Of a stretch of DNA of 64,000 nt, positions 39,475 to 52,329 are shown one piece after another (positions within the stretch are counted from its first letter, which is position 1; each line of letters starts with the position of its first letter). The notes below the pieces were generated by a model. It was given only the letters and a program-made list of their open reading frames with translations, was not told where the DNA came from and did no database searches. Location of the stretch: the NCBI GenBank assembly GCA_964016885.1, contig OZ024745.1:4836001-4900000 (forward strand), written 5' to 3'. Origin of the DNA: Eledone cirrhosa. Its lineage: Eukaryota. The translations under genes were made by a program, and so were the position numbers.

Positions 39475-39520
39475 TTACCAATTTTGGAACATCCAGTGTA
39501 ACGGGGGAGTTCAGGATAAG
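39475..39520 (+). CDS. CEP112: CEP112-like micro-exon D: (F)TNFGTSSVTGEFRI(R)
   Basis: Acceptor tttagtcag, weak donor AAG|gtttta; phase 1 to 2 is the bridge needed between exons C and E; TGEFRIRPYSWS resembles remembered CEP112 TGKLRVRSHSLS. Confidence 0.7.
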
Positions 39521-40859
39521 GTTTTAATATTTCTCTGTTTATTTTTTTTATATTTATCTGTTCATTTTTAATATTTCTCTGTGTAACTTCAGTAAAACTA
39601 TTCTGAAAATAATATAGTTAGCAACAGCAACAATAACAACAATAACGACAACAACAACAACAACAACAATAACGACAACAACAGTAACAACAACAATAAC
39701 GACTATTGTTGCATTTGCAGTAGTAATGGCTGCAACATTTAACAAAAGTAACACCGATAACAGCATAGATATTTTTCAAGACACCTGTAAACATATGTGC
39801 ACACACACACATGTGTGCACACTCCATGCACATACATACATGTGTGCACGCTCCACACACACACACACATATATATGTGCACCCTCCACACACACCTACA
39901 CACAAAAGTGTACCCTAGAAACCTTGTTAATCAAATTTCTGCTCAAGTATTATTTTGCAATAATAGGATTGCTTATGATGATGATGATAAAATCTATGTG
40001 AAATTATTGCCATTGCTCCTTGTCAGATTTGGAATATTCTCCAGGGAAATTATTACCACAAGTTGTTACAAGCTGAAAGCAAAACAATTTCAACTTCTTT
40101 TCCTTTTTTCAGTCAATTATTTTTTCTTGGTTGTTCTCAATAATTCATTATTAGCTCCTCACCTTTTGTTAGCTCAACTATCCTATCTTAGCTAAGTATT
40201 TTTATATCACATTTGTGGACAAAATTGACTGGAACTGCTGGCTTCATTGAATTTTTACTATTCAATTGTTTAGAAAGAATGTAATAAGAATGTAATTTCA
40301 AAATCACTGATTTTCATATATTTCCTGATCCAACTTTTTATTCTTTTATTTCTTTTGTAATGTTTTCAGTCAATCAGAAATGTCTCTATATTTATTCCTG
40401 TTTACTAAGTTGTTCATTTTATTTCATAATAGTCAAGTCATCTCATCCATGCAACCCCTTTTAACTGCTGAGTGCTTTAATATTCCATCACTAAATTACG
40501 ACGTCAACAGAAAGAGGATTTTTTTCATTTCTTTTCCTGTTTCTTTTACTTTTTTTTTTTCTGCCTTCATTGCACAAACATAGTTATATTCCAACATTAC
40601 GAAATTAGAGTTAGAATGAATTAAAAAAAATATAATGTCATTAATTAGAACTATTTGTTAGAGTCATCCGACAATTGTGTACTGTACTTATTTGTAGCAT
40701 AAGATGTCATTCTCAAGTTGGTTGCTGTCCAATGACTTACTGTATAGAGCTTTAAGGAGGAATTAATATCTTTATTTCTTTAGTATGCTCTGAGGAGACA
40801 TCAATTTTTACACTTGATTATGTATTGTAATATTACGTTTATTAAAAAATCATGGCAAT

Positions 40860-41403
<544 letters not shown>

Positions 41404-41652
41404 CAATCATGGCAAGACTGAGAGTAATCTGGTGATTTCAGGACAAATTACAAAAATAAATTGTAATGCAAAAAAAAAGATATATATATATATATGGAAA
41501 AAAGATCGGCTACATTATTAGAAGTTTCTAGTTTTCGTAGTAAGAAAGGAAGAAGTTTAATTTTTTTTATTGTTAACATTAAGATTCATTAAAAAAAAGA
41601 CACTTTTAGAAATATCGAAAAATTATTGTAATTGTAAATATATTGGAATTTA

Positions 41653-42095
41653 TCATCATCATCATTTTACGTCCACTTTTCCCTGCTTGCAAGGGTGGGA
41701 CGGGAACTGATTCTGGCTTGTTTTCTACGGCTGGATGCCCTTCCTAACACCAACCACGTTTACAGTGTGGACTGGGAGGTTTTTACCGTGTTACCTACAC
41801 GGCCACATTACAGCGTGGACTGTGTGTTTTTTTTGTCGTGACACCTACACAACCTCATTTATTTGGGACTGGATGTTGTGGCACCAACATAACTTTACAG
41901 AGAAAGGGGTGGTGTTGTTGGGGGTGGGGATGGTTTAGTGGGAGGGGGTGTATTTTTGGTTAAGAGGTGCCTACTGACTGTGGGTTTCGCCTTGTACTTA
42001 GGCAAGGCGGGTCTTCTGTATTACTGCGTAGCGCCAAAGATCTCGGTCCAGTGACATTGTCTTAGAGAGGTGTAAGTGTGTAAGGTCAGAATTTA
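41653..42095 (-). mobile_element. RTE family-A 3' end carrying the short tail variant
   Basis: 41730-42095 matches 16262-16640; terminal part matches the tail at 43135-43190 rather than the family-A tail. Confidence 0.85.
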
Positions 42096-42158
42096 TCATA
42101 TATATATACACACACACACACATATATATATATATGTATTTATATATGTGTATGTCTG

Positions 42159-42218
<60 letters not shown>

Positions 42219-42960
42219 CAGGGTGCGGACGATATTTGTTCGCAAGATTACTGTCTAGGAAAAAATAACACAGTATTTTTATTTTTTAAGATTTATTTAT
42301 CAAACTTGGGTCTGTTTGTCTTCATCACTTGTTCTTTTGATCTCACTCGATAAACCTGCCATTGGCTTTGATGACGGCCTCAAGGCGGCCTCGGAACCGG
42401 CTACAGGCAGTTGTGATCCTGGCCTTCAGATCGCCTTTCGTATTGCAGCTGTTGGTGTCTCATTCCACTGCGCCCCACACAAAGAAGTCAAGGGGGTTGC
42501 AGTCAGGAAAGCTGGGAGGCCAGATGTCAGGTGAAGTGTGGTCGACGAAGTTCTCTGACAGCCAGGCTTGGGTCTTTCGGCTGGTATGGCAGGGCGCTGA
42601 GTCTTGCTGCCACACATACAGCCTACCTGCAGCTACCTGGTCGATCCAGGGCTTTACTACCTCGCTCAGAACGCAGATGTAGCCATCGGTGTTCAGCTTG
42701 AGGCCTTCAGGAAAGAAGTGATGTGGCATGACGTCACCTTGACTGCTGACACACCTAAGACCAATGTTGTTGCTGGAAACTTTGTCTGCATGACTCTGGA
42801 CACGTCTTTGGATGAGACACCATTCTCCTGGTGATGCTGAGATAGTTTGAAATTTCCTTATTTGTCATCCCGGCGCAGATTGCAAGAAGAACTCTGTGTC
42901 TCTTCCACAAATTTGGAGGTTCAAAATTATTCATAATCAATGATTCTGAAAATAAATAAT
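42219..42960 (-). mobile_element. Tc1/mariner superfamily DD37D (maT/mori) transposon relic, internally deleted, one TIR visible
   Basis: VWQQDSAPCH...WPPSFPDCNPLD with 37 residues between the 2nd and 3rd D; terminus TA|CAGGGTG at 42217-42225. Confidence 0.85.
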
Positions 42961-42994
42961 GGAAATATAGTCACTGTTTTTATGAAGACAAGAA

Positions 42995-43218
42995 CACTTT
43001 GCAGTGGAATGATAGGGACCCCAGTCCCTATCATTCCACTGCAAAGTGGTCGTGGAGGTGCCATGACAAAAAAAGCACCCAGCACTCACTGTAAATGAGG
43101 TTGGTGTTAGGAAGGGCATCCAGCTGTAGAAATCAAGCCAGAATCAGTTCCCGTCCCACCCTTGCAAGCAGGGAAAAGCGGACGTAAAATGAAATGATGA
43201 TGAAATGATGATGATGAT
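42995..43218 (+). mobile_element. Short non-autonomous retroposon with 25-bp perfect 5' hairpin (copy 2)
   Basis: CACTTTGCAGTGGAATGATAGGGAC-ccca-GTCCCTATCATTCCACTGCAAAGTG, then UTR piece and gatgatg tail. Confidence 0.8.
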
Positions 43219-43229
43219 ATATATATATT

Positions 43230-43272
<43 letters not shown>

Positions 43273-43503
43273 TATTTACGTATCGAGAGAGAGAAAAAAA
43301 GGGGAGGATAGGTGATACATATAGTTATTTGCCAAGTAGCGTATGCCAAAGGTGCTCGATACTAGTGCCGGCAGTATTAAATATTCGAAGTGTTAATATT
43401 TAGTGGGCTAGAGAGTTAGCAGAGCGTAAGCACGTGGGAAAGTAAGAAATCGGAGAATAGAACATGTTTTAACGGTCTATTCTCCGATTTCTTACTTTCC
43501 CAC

Positions 43504-43539
<36 letters not shown>

Positions 43540-43560
43540 GTATATGTATGTATATATATT

Positions 43561-46500
43561 TCTAGGGCGGGTAAAATTCCCGAGATCCATGGACGAGTTC
43601 TCTCCAGCGGTCTCTGTCCCTCATTATCACTGCCATGTCCTGCGTCTCCAACAGACCAGTGTCTGTCCTTAGGGCATCAACATACGTTAACCTTGGTCTT
43701 CCTCTTCCAGTGTGTCCATGTAGGGACTCCCACAGGAGCACTGAGTGTAATGTCAACTCTGGATATCAGTGAGCATGTCCAGCTAACCTCAGTCTCCTCT
43801 GTGTCACTTTTGAGCTGACTTTTGGGAGGCTCCCATACAACTCTGAGTTTTTCATCCTCAGTGTATACTAATTAATGTTCAGAGCCATCCTCAGCATTCT
43901 TGTGTAGCACCCATCCACCATCTGAGTGAGTTTCTTGGTCAGTGTCCAAGTCTCAGACCCGTACAGCAGCACAGACTCCACTACAGCAATGAAGGGGCAG
44001 ATTTTCAGGTTTTTACGAAGGTCTGACTTCCACACCGATCTCAAGCTGTGGCACGCCACCCAGGCTTTGCTCTTCCTCTCAACCACATGATCTTCCGTAT
44101 TCCCAATCTTTGCTCCCAAATACAGGAAGTCCTCAACCAATTCTAGTGGCTTCCCGCCTACATTAGTGATCCCCTCTGGCTTCTCAACATTCTCTAACAG
44201 ATATTTTGTTTTAGCCTCATTCATTTTCAGCCCCACACTCATCGGCACAGTCTCAACCTCCTGCATCAAATCCTCTGCCTCCTTCACTGTATTTATCACC
44301 AAAACTATGTCATCGGCAAATTCAGCATCTGATATCTTTTTCGCCTTAACTCTCCTGCTCTGAGCCAGTGCTACAGTAAAGCCAGAGTCCTGGTATTTCT
44401 CCAGTGCAAGGCACATACAATAGTCCACTACGATGATAAAAAGGTAGGGAGCCAATGTATCTCCCTGGAGCAATCCAGACAGTATCTCAAAGAACTCCGT
44501 CATCCCATCAGGTGTAATGACTTGGGCTTTGGTGTTTGTGTAGAGCAGTGATATCAGGTCCACTATATTCTTGGGGATTTCATAAGCCTGTAAGATCTTC
44601 ATCAGGCAGTGACGGTCCACAGAATCAAAGGCCTTCCTAAAGTCAATGAAAACCATGACCGCAGGAAAGCACTTTGCTCTAGTTCCCTCTAATATCTTCC
44701 TCAGCATCAGGATGTGACTGGTGGTTGATCTTCCCTCTCTGAAGGCGCTCTGGTTGTCCCTGAGCTTCTTCTCCATCTCGGGCTGGATCCTGTTAAGAAT
44801 CATCCTGTTGAGGGTCTTTGCCACAAGTGACGTCAGTGAGATCCCCCTGTAGTTGTTGGTGTTAGAGAGATCTCCCTTCTTTAGCACTGGGACGATGTTA
44901 CTGATCCTCCACTGATATGGGGCAACTCCTTTCTCCAGTGCCTGGTTACAGAACCCCAGGATGATATCATCAAAATCACACCTCTTCATCACCTCTGATG
45001 CCACTCCATCTTTTCCATGAGCCTTGCCCTCCTTGATCCTCTTCTTGGCTCTCTGAAGCTCCTCTCTAGTGAAGGGCTCTGTCTCAATATCCAGTTCTTC
45101 AAACAGCCGCCTGATCTCCCCAGTGTTCTGGGCTGTGGAGGGTGGCTCTCCTACTAGGGTCCTAAAATGGTCTAGCCATTTCCTCTTCCTATCCTCAGGC
45201 CCTGTTCCCTGGATCTGACTCGAACACCTTCTCTTCCTCCCTGTGATCTCGTTGATGATCGTCCAGCTCTCCTTACATCCAGACCTGTCAACCACTCTCT
45301 CCACACTTCTGATCTTCTCTATCAGTGCCTCCTCTCTGGCCTCAGTGTAAGTGGTACAGAGTTCTTCCCTCATCACCTCCACAGTCTTGATCCTCTCCTC
45401 CGTAGGATCAGCATAGAATTGGTCCTTGGCAGCTTTCAGGTGTTCTCTGGCTGTACACACTTTTGGGTTTGCAGAGCTGACGTGCTTCCTTTTGTTCTTT
45501 TTCCTCGGCACCAAGGTCTCACTTGCTTCCACCACAGCATTGGTGAAGTGCCCGTACCTCCTCATCACACTCTTCTCAGTCCATCCAATCTCTCTCTCCT
45601 CTGTCTCTCCACACAGAGCACTGAACCTGTTCCTCACTTCCACTGTGAACCTCTCCTGTAGCTTATCATCTTCCTTGAAAGCTCCCCAGTCATAGATTGC
45701 TCTCTGGGGCTGAGCCTTGCTCTTTCTTAAGCTCACCCGGACCTCACTCATAACAAGCCAGTGGTCACTGCCCAGTGTACTGAAATAGTTGTATGGTTCT
45801 GCGTTCAGAACACTATTCCGCCACTTTTTCCTCACCAGAATGAAATCAATCTGGGACTTGGACAGGTGCATATCTGAGATGTAGGTCCACATCTTCCCCA
45901 GATTCATCCTAAACCTTAGGTTGGTTGCTATCAAGTTCGCCTCCAGCAAGGTGTCTCTCAGTAGTCTTCCATTTCGGTTGGTGTTGTTATGGAAGTACCA
46001 GCAAGGATCTTCACTGCCCTCCTTACTCAGATGTGCATTGAAGTCCCCCAGAACAAGCAGGATGTTGTGTGCTTGTGTAGTGTTGACAGCTCTACACACC
46101 TCCTCATCGAACTCTTCTGCACTCACATCACGGTCTCCCTCGGTTGGACTATAGGCTGAGATGACTGTCAGTCTTGGGTTTCCATTGAAGGTCACCCTCA
46201 ACACTCGCGGGGAGACAGGCATTATTTCCCTCACAATAGACTGGTTTTTGTGCTGAAAACAAAACCCACTCCTCCTACTGCAGCATTGTTCATGTTCCTC
46301 ACTACTGATGTGGTGATGAGCTGGCTCATCTTCCCAATCATCACACTCGTCACGGGCTCATCATGAAGGATCCTGTGTTCTTGGATCGCAAGTATCTGAA
46401 TACCACTCTCTTTGAACAGATGACCCAACTCCTCTCTCTTCTCCAGCGTCCGAATAGTCCTCATATTCAAAGTGCCCATTTTGATGGCTCTTCTGCAGGA

Positions 46501-46860
46501 CAAAACTGCATTCTTTATATTTGTCTCAGAGACAGCTGATCCATCAACCACTGGCCCTCCCTGTGGCTCTAAGCCAGCAGAGTCATAACGATCAGACTGC
46601 TCCTTGACAGTGTAATTAGGGGCTCTAACCCTAGTGCTGTTAGATAGACTCTCCATATTTCTTTTCAATGGGTGACAATAACTTACCGGCCCCACTCGAA
46701 TAAGTTAGTTATTTAACCCATAAATGGGGCCCTAACAGGTACTACTACTCCGGGCCAGAGCAGACCTGGGAGTTATGACAACTAAGGGGTAACTCCACAT
46801 TCCCCACAGCTCCCGAACTGGAGCCTTGCCACTGGATGTAGTTTAATGTCACGCAGGACA
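43561..46860 (-). mobile_element. Near full-length (~3.3 kb) single-ORF RTE-like LINE (APE endonuclease + RT), inactivated; flanked by (TA)n at both ends
   Basis: ATG at 46656; APE motifs GTLNMRT, AIQEHR, SAYSPT, LGDFNAH, QIDFIL, GSDH; RT motifs NYRGISL, FIDFRKAFDSV, QGDTLAPYLF, FADD; frameshift near 46235, stops at 43868 and ~43767. Confidence 0.95.
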
Positions 46861-46861
<1 letters not shown>

Positions 46862-46902
<41 letters not shown>

Positions 46903-46931
46903 ATATATATAAGTATGTATATATATATATG

Positions 46932-47018
<87 letters not shown>

Positions 47019-47025
47019 ATATATA
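46862..47025. repeat. (TA)n microsatellite
   Basis: Dinucleotide tract. Confidence 0.97.
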
Positions 47026-47336
47026 CACCAACACCACCCTTTCTCTGTAAAGTCCAGTCCAAATAAATGAGATAATGAGATCGAGATCGTGTAGGTGTCA
47101 CGAGAAAACACACAGTCCACGCTGTAATGTGGCCATGTAGGTAACACGGTAAAAAGTTCCCAGTTCCACACTGTAAATGTGGTTGGTGTTAGGAAGGGCA
47201 TCCAGCCCTAGAAAACCTGCCAGATAGTCCTATATGAGTGAGACACGGTCACCCGACCAACCTTGCCTCAAGTGGGACAATTCCAGTCTAACCCATGCTA
47301 GCGTGGAAAATGGACGTTAAACGAAGATGATGATGC
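47026..47336 (+). mobile_element. RTE family-A 3' UTR and tail
   Basis: Reverse complement of 16125-16450. Confidence 0.88.
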
Positions 47337-47603
47337 TATATGCATGGCGAATTGGCAGTTTGTTAGAATATTTTATGGTATTCGTTTCTGCTGTCTCAGT
47401 TCAAATCCTGCTAATGTCAACTATGCCTTTTATAGCAACCGCTGGCAACATTTTTCAATCTCTAAGGGTTTTTATTCGATTTTTCTAAGCTATTTTATAT
47501 CATCTGATTGTAATTACAGTTATTTTCTGGGTTTGAGCTTTCAACATGAATATAGATTTATGTTCTAATCAAAATATATGTTATTTTTGTTTTCTTTGTT
47601 CAG

Positions 47604-47694
47604 ACCCTACAGCTGGTCAACTCAGTTTAATAAGCATATGATGGCATTTTCTGATTGCTCACCAGAGAAGTGTCGGGATAGAAACTTGAAACCA
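47604..47694 (+). CDS. CEP112: CEP112-like exon E: (R)PYSWSTQFNKHMMAFSDCSPEKCRDRNLKP
   Basis: Acceptor tttctttgttcag, donor gtaagt; phase 2 to 0 is open while the phase-0 frame hits TAA. Confidence 0.8.
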
Positions 47695-48929
47695 GTAAGT
47701 TTATTGTTGCTCATTTATAGTTTCACTCATTGAAATAAATTACAGCCTTGAAACATCATACACTAACATCCAAAGTTTGGAAACATTCAACTCTGCTATT
47801 CTTCTGCTACTACCACCCAACATTACACCAATTTAAACTATACTTCTCTACTACTATAATGTATTTCATTACATACAAATATAAAATATATCAAGGATGG
47901 TCAGTTATTCCAACAATCTCTACTATTACACTGGAAAGTTCCGTTCAATTTTAACAGATATTTTAACAAATCAAAATAGTGTTATTTATAAATGTATTGA
48001 ATCATTAATATTTTCTTTATTGCTTTCCACAACCCTATTGGACCTATCAACTAACTTATAGGTGCCACATTTAGGTTTTCATATGAAATTAGAGATTTGA
48101 TAATTTTCAACCATCTTCGTTTATGTTAGTCTAAGGCCATAAAAAGGACTTTGTAAATTTCTAAACAAATGATAATGAGCTCAAGCAAGGTTAAGGGTTT
48201 ATAGTGGGTTCAGCTGAGTTCTTTTAGGAGGTCCTTGATTACTCATGCAATATGGGAATTAACATGAAGAATAACCTCTTTTCTGTTCATTAAGGATGGA
48301 CTTTTTTTCTCCAAAGCTGTTTTCAAACCACGAAGTTGTTGGCAGTAAACTCAGCTGTGATTGATTATTGTTTAACAGTTTATATTGATCTATTCCTTGC
48401 ATATCCCCTCCCCCGCACTTCTTTGGATACAGGTCCTCTCTAGGTTGCTGGACATGTTTATCACTGATGTTGGCATATTGTGATAAACGATTCATTTCTT
48501 ACTACCAGTAACATCTTGGTGTTGTGTATGAAATACCTCACAGTAATTTCCATATTGTTGGTGATTTGCTAAAGACAATTCATGTGAGACCTGTTCTCTA
48601 ACTTTGCCAAACTGTTTCACTTCACATGTGCAGCTAACATTAACATACTGGGTTCCCTGCTATAATGGTAGGGTTTGCTTTGACAGTCACTTCCTGTGTC
48701 TCTGAAATAAGACCACTTGGAGCACCCTTTCTCAGCCCATCCTTTTGGTAGAAGTCCATATTTCTGAAACAGTAAAACCACCTCTAACAAGTTCTTTCAC
48801 ATAATATATCAACATGATAAATACTCTGAGGAATTTTTCTGCTGAACTTCAGTTTCTTCTCCTGTGAAACTGGCAGAACATGACATGTTGAATATGTTTA
48901 GGGAACTGATACACCTGCTAACAACAAAA

Positions 48930-49400
48930 GGTTTCTCCTTATGAAATGTCAGCTGTATGACACCTGCATGGTTGCTAAACATGGGTAGTGAACTGAGAGG
49001 ACATGTGGAGGCTGGAGAGAAATGAGGCAAGCATGCTGCAATGGATGTGCAATGTTAATGTGCGAGAATGAGAAAGCATGGATGGACTGAGGGAGAAACT
49101 GGTTATAAGAGGAATCAGAAGTAGTGTGCAAAAGGTAAGACTGCATTGGTATGGATATGTGATGCACATGGTTGATGATCGCTGGGTGAAGAAGTGCCAA
49201 GTAATGTCAGTGGAAGGAAGGAAGCCACAGTAGAGGAAGACCAAGGAAGACCTGGATGGAAGTGGTGAGAGCTGATCTTAGATTTCTAAAGCTTATGGAG
49301 GAGATGACAAAGAAATGTGAAAAGTGGAGAAATTCTGTAGTGAGGACCCATCCAACCCATGCAAGCATGGAATAACGGATGTAAAATGATGATGATGATG
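48930..49400 (+). mobile_element. Decayed RTE LINE 3' fragment with short 3' UTR
   Basis: LERNEASMLQWMCNV and RLHWYGYVM remnants; tail aacccatgcaagcatggaataacggatgtaaaatgatg. Confidence 0.82.
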
Positions 49401-49911
49401 AATGCTCTTATATTCTGAAAGGAGATGAGGTATATTACTGATGGTGGCATGGCTGAACTTCAGATAGAGACAGAACTTTAATAATTCTTGTTCAACGTTT
49501 TCACCTTGAACTTTCATTCCAGTCTATTTATTCATTCCATAAAATTGTTTTACAACAGCAGCTTCAGCAAGACAGAGTACCTAAAATTATCTAAAAAGAC
49601 ATCTCGTAGAAATATCATAAAGTCCATGGAGAGACAGTTTTTGATTGCCTTCTACTATCATTGAAATGTTATCACCAAACAATAAATTAAAAATTAATAT
49701 ATGAAAGAAGTTGATTAAATTATTCTGTAATCCTAGAGATACTGTAGAAACTTATCTCGACTTATTTAATGTAAGGATTTTGGAGATTCCTGTTAACTTT
49801 TACAACTAACATAAAAATATAGAAATCTGATTTCTGAGGACCTAACTTAGTATTGAGATTTACACACCTATACTACATACACACACACACACACATATAT
49901 ATATATACACA

Positions 49912-50102
49912 TAATTGTTTCTAGTTTTGGCACAAGGCCAGCAATGACCCAGTGTATTACTGGTACTTTATTTTATCGACCCCGTAAGGATGAAAGGCAA
50001 AGTTAACCTTGGCGGGATTTGAACTCAGAATGGCAAGGGCCGTAACTCTACGCGTCAAAGCATGGTATCCGACCCTCTACCGATACTGCCAATCCATTGC
50101 CC
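49912..50102 (-). mobile_element. Apparently complete MetaSINE-like SINE
   Basis: Head ggcaatggattggcagtatcggtagag (A box), gagttcaaatccc (B box), core and AT-rich tail. Confidence 0.85.
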
Positions 50103-50147
50103 TATATATACACATAATACATACACACAGGGAAAAGCGGACGTAAA

Positions 50148-50179
<32 letters not shown>

Positions 50180-50205
50180 ATAAGCATATAGCATATATAT
50201 ATATA

Positions 50206-50521
50206 TAAGCATATAGCATATAGACAATATGCCCCCACACCCTCCCACTGCAAAGTGGTCGTGGAGGTGCCACGGCAAAAAAGCACCCAACCCACACTGT
50301 AAAGTGGACGTGTAGGCACCACGGAAAAAGCACCCAGCACTCACTGTAAATGAGGTTGGTGTTAGGAAGGGCATCCAGCTGTAGAAATCAAGCCAGAATC
50401 AGTTCCCGTATGAGCAAGGCATGGTCAGCCGACCGGACACTGCCCACAACAGGACAACCTGTCTAGCCCATGCTAGCATGGAAGAACGGACGTAAAATGG
50501 TGATGATGATGATGATGATGA
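50206..50521 (+). mobile_element. RTE family-B 3' UTR and (GAT)n tail
   Basis: Matches 29305-29550, with the internal ~55-bp duplication also seen at 17920-18000. Confidence 0.88.
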
Positions 50522-51039
50522 TATATATATATATATATATACATAATACATACAGACGCACATACACACATATATTTACAGTTACACACACATATAAATT
50601 GCCATATCAAAACATCTGGCTATATTGCACTCTCCAACTAATAACATATTAACCTGTCAAGCTTTCTTCTTCAATTGTTAAAAGATGAGGTTTATTTCAG
50701 CATCTTTGTGAAAATTAACAACTATGTTTGTAGCTAGTGAGTCTCAATTGTTAACAAAAAAGAAAAATGAGTCTTTAATTCATAAAATAGAATAAATCTT
50801 CTAATAATGAAGAGCTTGAATAAAAACAAGACAAAAAGCCAAATAAAAACAACTTGTTGAAGTGATTTTGTTTTTGTAATTTTATTTCTACTTAAAACAA
50901 ATATAGATTTCATTGTAAATTATTTGAATCAAGGATTTTACTCCATGTTGGTTCCTTTATTTTCTCAATTCTTGAAAAGTATTCAAAAGAAAAGACTTTA
51001 CATCAGTTAAAGTCTGCCGGGGGTTTCTGATACTGTTTT

Positions 51040-51300
51040 ATGTAAAACAGGCCACATGATGGTTGTGTACAAACAACTGTGCTACATGGTAGCCAGATGT
51101 AGTAACCAGATGTGGTAGCCAGATGTAGCCAGATGTGGTAGCTAGATGTGGTAGCCAGATGTGGTAGCTAGATGTGGAACTTAAATATGGAAGATTTGCA
51201 ATGGTTTGAAAGAAATGAAGTGAACATGCTCTGTGCAATGTATGTAAAAAGCAGATGTAAGAGATATCAGATGTAGTGTGCTGGAGATGACTACATTAGG
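51040..51300 (+). mobile_element. Decayed RTE fragment with internal 13-bp tandem amplification
   Basis: tgtgtacaaacaactgtgctacatggtagccagatg corresponds to CIQTAMLHGSETW; downstream tttgaaagaaatgaa corresponds to LERNE. Confidence 0.65.
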
Positions 51301-51534
51301 ATGATGGTGTGTGGGTGAGGGGTTGAATTTGGACAGGGCTTGTGCCTCTTTACACTAGTAGTAGAGAGGAAGATTGATAGTTTAGAGAGTAAAGAACATT
51401 TGATGGTCAGAAGAAATTTTGCTCCCTTTCATACTTCTGCCAAGATATAACTTCCCCTCACATCACTTCTGATAGTTTCTTTATCAGAATTTTTAAAGCC
51501 TTATTATTGAAACCATTTAATATTTGTTTTGTAG

Positions 51535-51634
51535 GTAATATCTTCATCTGCTGAATCTATTTCTGTGGACAGCTTCATTCTTCCTCTACCTTCTAGTGAA
51601 CAATCATCACACATCAGTTCCATCCTAAATGCAG
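51535..51634 (+). CDS. CEP112: CEP112-like exon F: VISSSAESISVDSFILPLPSSEQSSHISSILNA
   Basis: Acceptor tttgttttgtag, donor CAG|gtatgt, phase 0 to 1. Confidence 0.75.
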
Positions 51635-52329
51635 GTATGTTATTGAACATCAATTATTTCTGAGCTAGCTGTTGAACTTTATAAGATTCAAAGGTTTGTT
51701 TGGATGGAGTTAAATTAACAAAGACCATCCCACAAACAGGTCTAGAACAACATCATCGTTGTTTTAATGTCCACTTTTCCTGCTAACAAGGATTGGACCT
51801 GACAATGGAAATAAAATAATTAAGCATTATTATATACAATTTTATATTTCCTTTTTAATTAATGGGAAATTATGGGGTTGGTGACTTTTAAAATTTACCT
51901 ATTAAAATTAAAACATCAGTGTAGGGTTTGTTTTTCTGATTAAAATATCTCACTTTGATAGTGTTTATCAATGTCAGCCATAAAGTTGCTCATTACCAAC
52001 ATTTGATAGACTGTCTATAACACAACTTATTCCTGTTGCTCTTGTCTACTTTTTGTTACATTATAACATTTCTATTGAGTCCATTTTTCTATCAAGTCTG
52101 TTGTGTCTCCATTTCTGCTCATCTTTATTTTTCAGTGTTCATAGTTTAGAAGACTCTTCACATTTGTTGCAATGACAATTACTAACAATATGGCTGATAT
52201 CCCAGGGAGTTTTACTACATAATTAAATCCTACATTCTCTCTGTTGCTAACAGTTTTAATGTTATTTAAAGTCACTGCCATCTTAATTGATAGAGAGACA
52301 TAGTTGTGTGGTTCGGAACTTCACAACTA

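Noticed and set aside
46740-46780. Twister-ribozyme-like TAACTCC...GCCCGGAG on the minus strand
   Set aside because: The conserved loop and pseudoknot elements of twister are missing
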